This document shows positions 60,285 to 64,000 of a DNA stretch of 64,000 nucleotides, in pieces. Both the position numbers and the translations under genes were made by a program. The notes below the pieces were generated by a model. It ran no database searches and was not told the origin of the DNA. It was given only the letters and a program-made list of their open reading frames with translations. The first letter of the stretch is position 1; each line of letters begins with the position of its first letter. This DNA is from Alphaproteobacteria bacterium (lineage in GTDB: Bacteria; Pseudomonadota; Alphaproteobacteria; JBFXJJ01), in assembly GCA_050175015.1 (NCBI GenBank), contig JBFXJJ010000012.1, positions 22,549 through 86,548 of the forward strand, given 5' to 3'.

Positions 60285-60965
60285 ATGGATAATGTTGCGC
60301 TATTTGGCGTTAGTTTATGGCTTGGAATTCTAACGGCAATTAGTCCTTGTCCGTTAGCGGCTAATATTGCGGCGGTCTCTTTTATCGGGAAAAAAATAAC
60401 AAAGCCTTATTTAGTTTTTATATCAGGTGTTTTTTATACCTTGGGCAGGGCTTTAGCTTATATTTTAATTGGTTTTTTTATTGTTAAAAGTATTATAGGA
60501 AGCCAAATTCTAGCTTTGAATTTGCAGCTTTATATGAATAGCATTTTAGGACCGTTGATGATTATAACGGGCTTGGTAATCTTAGACATTCTGAGGTTAC
60601 CTTTTCCTAATTTGGGGGCAGGAAATAAGCTGCAAAAAGTTGTTGAAAAAATGGGATTGCTAGGCTGCGTTTTATTAGGTTTTGTTTTTGCTCTCTCTTT
60701 TTGCCCAGTCTCTACAGCTCTTTTCTTTGGAGGGCTGATTCCGATTGCAATAGAGCATAAGTCATCATTTTTCATTCCTGCCGTATATGGCGTAGCAACA
60801 GGCATTCCTGTTTTGATTTTTGCTTTTGTTATTGCCTTTAGTACTAAAAAGCTAGGGCTTATATTTAATAAAGTATCTGTTTTTGAGCAATATGCTCGAA
60901 AAATCACAGGAGTAATTTTTATAATAACGGGTGCATACTTTGTTTATTATTATATTTTAAACTAA
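60285..60965 (+). CDS. ArsG/CcdA-like membrane protein
   Basis: LGILTAISPCPLA.NIAA, FALSFCP.S. Confidence 0.82.
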   Translation: MDNVALFGVSLWLGILTAISPCPLAANIAAVSFIGKKITKPYLVFISGVFYTLGRALAYILIGFFIVKSIIGSQILALNLQLYMNSILGPLMIITGLVILDILRLPFPNLGAGNKLQKVVEKMGLLGCVLLGFVFALSFCPVSTALFFGGLIPIAIEHKSSFFIPAVYGVATGIPVLIFAFVIAFSTKKLGLIFNKVSVFEQYARKITGVIFIITGAYFVYYYILN

Positions 60966-63008
60966 TCGGCTTTGGGCAAGAATAACAGTTAGGTCATCGG
61001 GAACAGGCCTTGCAAGACAGTCTTTTAGCTTATTAACAGCATCAATTGGAGGCATTGTTTCAAAGGCACTAAAAAAATCACATTTTTCTATAAAAGTATC
61101 GTCAATAGTTGAACTTTCATATAATGCATCACTATATGCAAGCCAAAATGACCCCTTAGGAAAGTCTATTTCGTGGTCGCTGTATTTGTGTTTTTTCTTA
61201 ATTCCAAGAGGAAATTCTTTATGTTCCAAAAATTTAAAGTTGTATCCTGTTTCTTCTTTTATACCGATAAATGCTGAAGGGCTTCCCGCAGAAGCATAAG
61301 TTAAAGTTTCCTTATCCTTATCAAATACCGCATAAATAAAGGTTGCAAAATTTCCTAAAGATAACTGCTCAGATAAATCTTTGTTAATATGATTTAAAAC
61401 TTCTGATGGCTTAGAGTGTTTTAAAGAGATTTGGTTTAAAATTGATTTTAGGCGGAAAGTGTTAAGAGAACCAGAAACGCCATGACCTGCAAAATCTACA
61501 AGATAAATGGCAAATTTGTTTTTTGATAAGGGTATAATGTCCCATAAATCGCCACCTAAAAATGCCGAAGGTTCAAAGTGATGAAAAATATTAAAATTAA
61601 CTTGATTTTCAATGTCAGCAATTACGCTGTTCATCGGAAGAAGAGCTTGCTGCATTCGTGAGGCAGTTGATATATCGGCTTCAATATTACTCAACTTATA
61701 TCCTAAAGTCTTTATGAGCAGTCTGTTTTGCAGATGAATTTTGCAGCGAGATATTAACTCTTTGTTGTTAATTGGTTTAGAAATATAGTCAGAAGCTCCT
61801 TCTTTGAAAACCGTTTCGGTTACATTCTTTGAGCCAAAGCCAGTTTGAATTAAAACAGGAATATTTTTTAAAAATTCGATATTTTTGATATGCCTTAAGG
61901 TATCAAAACCATTTAAAGGTTTCATATCAAGATCCAATATTATTAAATCGGGTTTAAAATATATCGCAAGTTTTATGCCATCAAGACCAGATCTTGCTTT
62001 TAAGATGTTTTTAAAGCCTGATTTTTTTAAGATGTCTTTTATTAAAAAACGGGTGTTTTGATCGTCGTCGACTACCAAAATTTTGCTTTTATAAATATTA
62101 GGAATAGAGGTTAGGCTGTTGGCGTATTCAAAATCTTTTTTGTTGTAATTGAAAACTTTTTTGTTATGTCTGTTTAAGATGAGAGAAAAACAAATTCCTC
62201 TGCCGCCAAAATCAAACCAAGTAGCATCTGATAGCGATGAGACGATAAACAGCCCGCGACCACTACTAGATGTCAAATCTGGCATTTCGAAAGTTTTATT
62301 GTGCCCCTGGCCTTCATCCAAAACCGAGCAAAGAAGAAAACCTTTGTTCCAAAAAAGTTTAATAATGATAAACTTATCTGCATATTTTTTGTTTTCAAGC
62401 CGCTCTTTAATTAAGTTATGATAGTTTTTAAAAGATTCCAAATCATTCCCTTTTAGGGAGTTAACATTAAGGTTGCCGTGAATAATAGCGTTTGGAATAA
62501 TTTCGGCTAAGATTTGTTTCAGTTTATCTTTGTTTTCATCAGATAATTTAGTTTTAGCTTTTATAATATTAGGAATGATATTTATTAAATCAGTGTTGTA
62601 GGCGGTTTTGGTTGACAATGCTAAAAAGATAAGATTTTCGTCTTTTATTTCAAAAGAGTGATTAGCAAAGAAAGAATGACCTTCAATCTTTTCTATAAAG
62701 TAGTTGGTTTGGCACAGCCTTTGAATAAAAGCTTCTTCACTATCGAAGTAGTCTTCAGTTATAGGCTCTTTTTCAGCAGAGGAGCTTTTTTCAGTGCCAT
62801 TTAAAGATGCTTTATGATTAGTAATAATATCATTAATTTTCAAACTACTTTCGTAAATGAAATTAATATAATGCTGATATCTTGGGTTGTTTATTTTACC
62901 AAAGGCATTTTCTTTTATAAGTTCAGCAAACCCCATTATAGAGTTAAGATTTGCTTTTATGTCATGCCTAGTTTGAGCATCATCTAGCATATTATTATTT
63001 GTAGTCAT
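60957..63008 (-). CDS. Fusion of HisKA(DHp)-like, RsbW-like kinase, REC and SpoIIE/PP2C phosphatase domains
   Basis: RHDIKANLNSIMGFAE; E...NAIIHGN, DEGQG, SGRGL; VVDDD, LDLDM, DYISKP; GGD, DFAGHG, YSDAL, DDLT. Confidence 0.85.
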   Translation of the reverse strand: MTTNNNMLDDAQTRHDIKANLNSIMGFAELIKENAFGKINNPRYQHYINFIYESSLKINDIITNHKASLNGTEKSSSAEKEPITEDYFDSEEAFIQRLCQTNYFIEKIEGHSFFANHSFEIKDENLIFLALSTKTAYNTDLINIIPNIIKAKTKLSDENKDKLKQILAEIIPNAIIHGNLNVNSLKGNDLESFKNYHNLIKERLENKKYADKFIIIKLFWNKGFLLCSVLDEGQGHNKTFEMPDLTSSSGRGLFIVSSLSDATWFDFGGRGICFSLILNRHNKKVFNYNKKDFEYANSLTSIPNIYKSKILVVDDDQNTRFLIKDILKKSGFKNILKARSGLDGIKLAIYFKPDLIILDLDMKPLNGFDTLRHIKNIEFLKNIPVLIQTGFGSKNVTETVFKEGASDYISKPINNKELISRCKIHLQNRLLIKTLGYKLSNIEADISTASRMQQALLPMNSVIADIENQVNFNIFHHFEPSAFLGGDLWDIIPLSKNKFAIYLVDFAGHGVSGSLNTFRLKSILNQISLKHSKPSEVLNHINKDLSEQLSLGNFATFIYAVFDKDKETLTYASAGSPSAFIGIKEETGYNFKFLEHKEFPLGIKKKHKYSDHEIDFPKGSFWLAYSDALYESSTIDDTFIEKCDFFSAFETMPPIDAVNKLKDCLARPVPDDLTVILAQSRLV

Positions 63009-63034
63009 ATTATTACCCCCATAATTACAATAGA

Positions 63035-64000
63035 CTATTTTTTAATAATAAATTTTTTAAAAACTTGTTCAATGTCTTTTATGTTAATGGGCTTAGAAAT
63101 ATAATCGTCCATGCCGGCATCAAGACATTTTTCTCTATCGCCTTTTAAGGCGTTGGCTGTCATTGCTACTATAGGGATATTTGGATTTAAGCATTTTGTT
63201 TTTGGCTCTCTAATCATAGCGGTTGTTTTGAAGCCGTCCATATTAGGCATATGGCAGTCCATAAAAACAATATCATATTCCGTTTTTTTTAGGACTTCTA
63301 AGGCGTCAACACCATCATTAGCAGTATCAGCAAAATAGCCTTGGGTTTCTATCATAGCTTTAGCAAGTTCTTGATTCATAAAGTTATCTTCAACAATCAA
63401 AATTTTAACCGTTTTTTTAGCAAACTCTTTAACGCTGTGCTGGGTAATAATTTCATTGTGATACTCTTGAAGATTGCCTTCTTCTTTATCGGGTTTTCCT
63501 AAAACTAAAGATAAGGTATTAATTAGTACTTCTTGTCTTATCGGTTTGTTTAGATAACCGTCAAATCCCATATTTTGAAATTTATTAGCATCGCCTTTAT
63601 TAACTAGGGAAGTCATCATAACAAGTTTCATAGTTTTTAGTTTATTATCATCTTTGATAAATTTTCCTAATTCAGAACCATCGATATCAGGCATACATAA
63701 GTCAATTAAGGCAAGGTCAAAAAGTTCGTCTCTTTGCTGTGCGTCTTTTATTATATTCAAAGCATCTTTTGCATTAGTTGCAAATTTTATTTGAAACTCA
63801 GCTAGATATGTTTTTAGAATTTCAATATTAGTAAGGTTGTCATCAACAACGATTATTCTGGTGTCTTTAGTAATATTTTTATAATCAGGCTTCATTGTTT
63901 GCCTAACATTCTTTTGATTTTCTAAAATGATGTCAAACCAGAAAGAGGAGCCATTGTTTTCCTCACTGTGAACCCCAATATGTCCTCCCATCATTTCAGA
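63035..64000 (-). CDS. Hybrid sensor histidine kinase, C-terminal part (end of HATPase plus two REC domains); starts beyond the window
   Basis: MMGG.IGV.S....GS.FWF; VVDDN..DLCMP..KP; VEDN..DCHMP..DDYISKP. Confidence 0.9.
   Translation of the reverse strand, partial: SEMMGGHIGVHSEENNGSSFWFDIILENQKNVRQTMKPDYKNITKDTRIIVVDDNLTNIEILKTYLAEFQIKFATNAKDALNIIKDAQQRDELFDLALIDLCMPDIDGSELGKFIKDDNKLKTMKLVMMTSLVNKGDANKFQNMGFDGYLNKPIRQEVLINTLSLVLGKPDKEEGNLQEYHNEIITQHSVKEFAKKTVKILIVEDNFMNQELAKAMIETQGYFADTANDGVDALEVLKKTEYDIVFMDCHMPNMDGFKTTAMIREPKTKCLNPNIPIVAMTANALKGDREKCLDAGMDDYISKPINIKDIEQVFKKFIIKK

Overview
AT-rich bacterial chromosome segment. The gene content points to an alphaproteobacterium, probably a reduced, Rhodospirillales-like, possibly anaerobic or host-associated lineage (inference). 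Supporting gene contexts are ispH-thrB-rnhA, thrC-M16 peptidase, ccmF-H-I, DUF192-tRNA-Pro, DUF721-DsbA and an alpha-type CheZ. The window is mostly housekeeping: uvrC, pgsA, cysK, asnS, rocD, thrC/thrB, tkt-fba-rpe, phoB, tgt, queG and three tRNAs. It also has accessory modules: a BigR/SqrR-type sulfur module, an arsR-arsP-arsEFG-like operon and an ankyrin protein. The most notable observations are six. (1) A ~270-nt highly structured, unassigned leader RNA with mutually exclusive terminator/antiterminator helices upstream of a sensory [FeFe]-hydrogenase-type chemoreceptor. (2) Intact ORFs that have lost their catalytic residues: a GTP-PEPCK-like protein, CcmF and DsbD/ScsB. (3) A protein with about 21 copies of a 20-aa acidic repeat, directly downstream of the PEPCK-like gene. 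(4) An unannotated ~85-nt sRNA with a C-rich loop, its own promoter and terminator. (5) A Schlafen/AlbA_2 gene translationally coupled inside the ispH-thrB-rnhA operon. (6) A DHp + anti-sigma kinase + REC + PP2C fusion protein. No CRISPR array, rRNA, integrase or transposase was seen. All motif comparisons were done by eye from remembered family consensus, and no database search was run.
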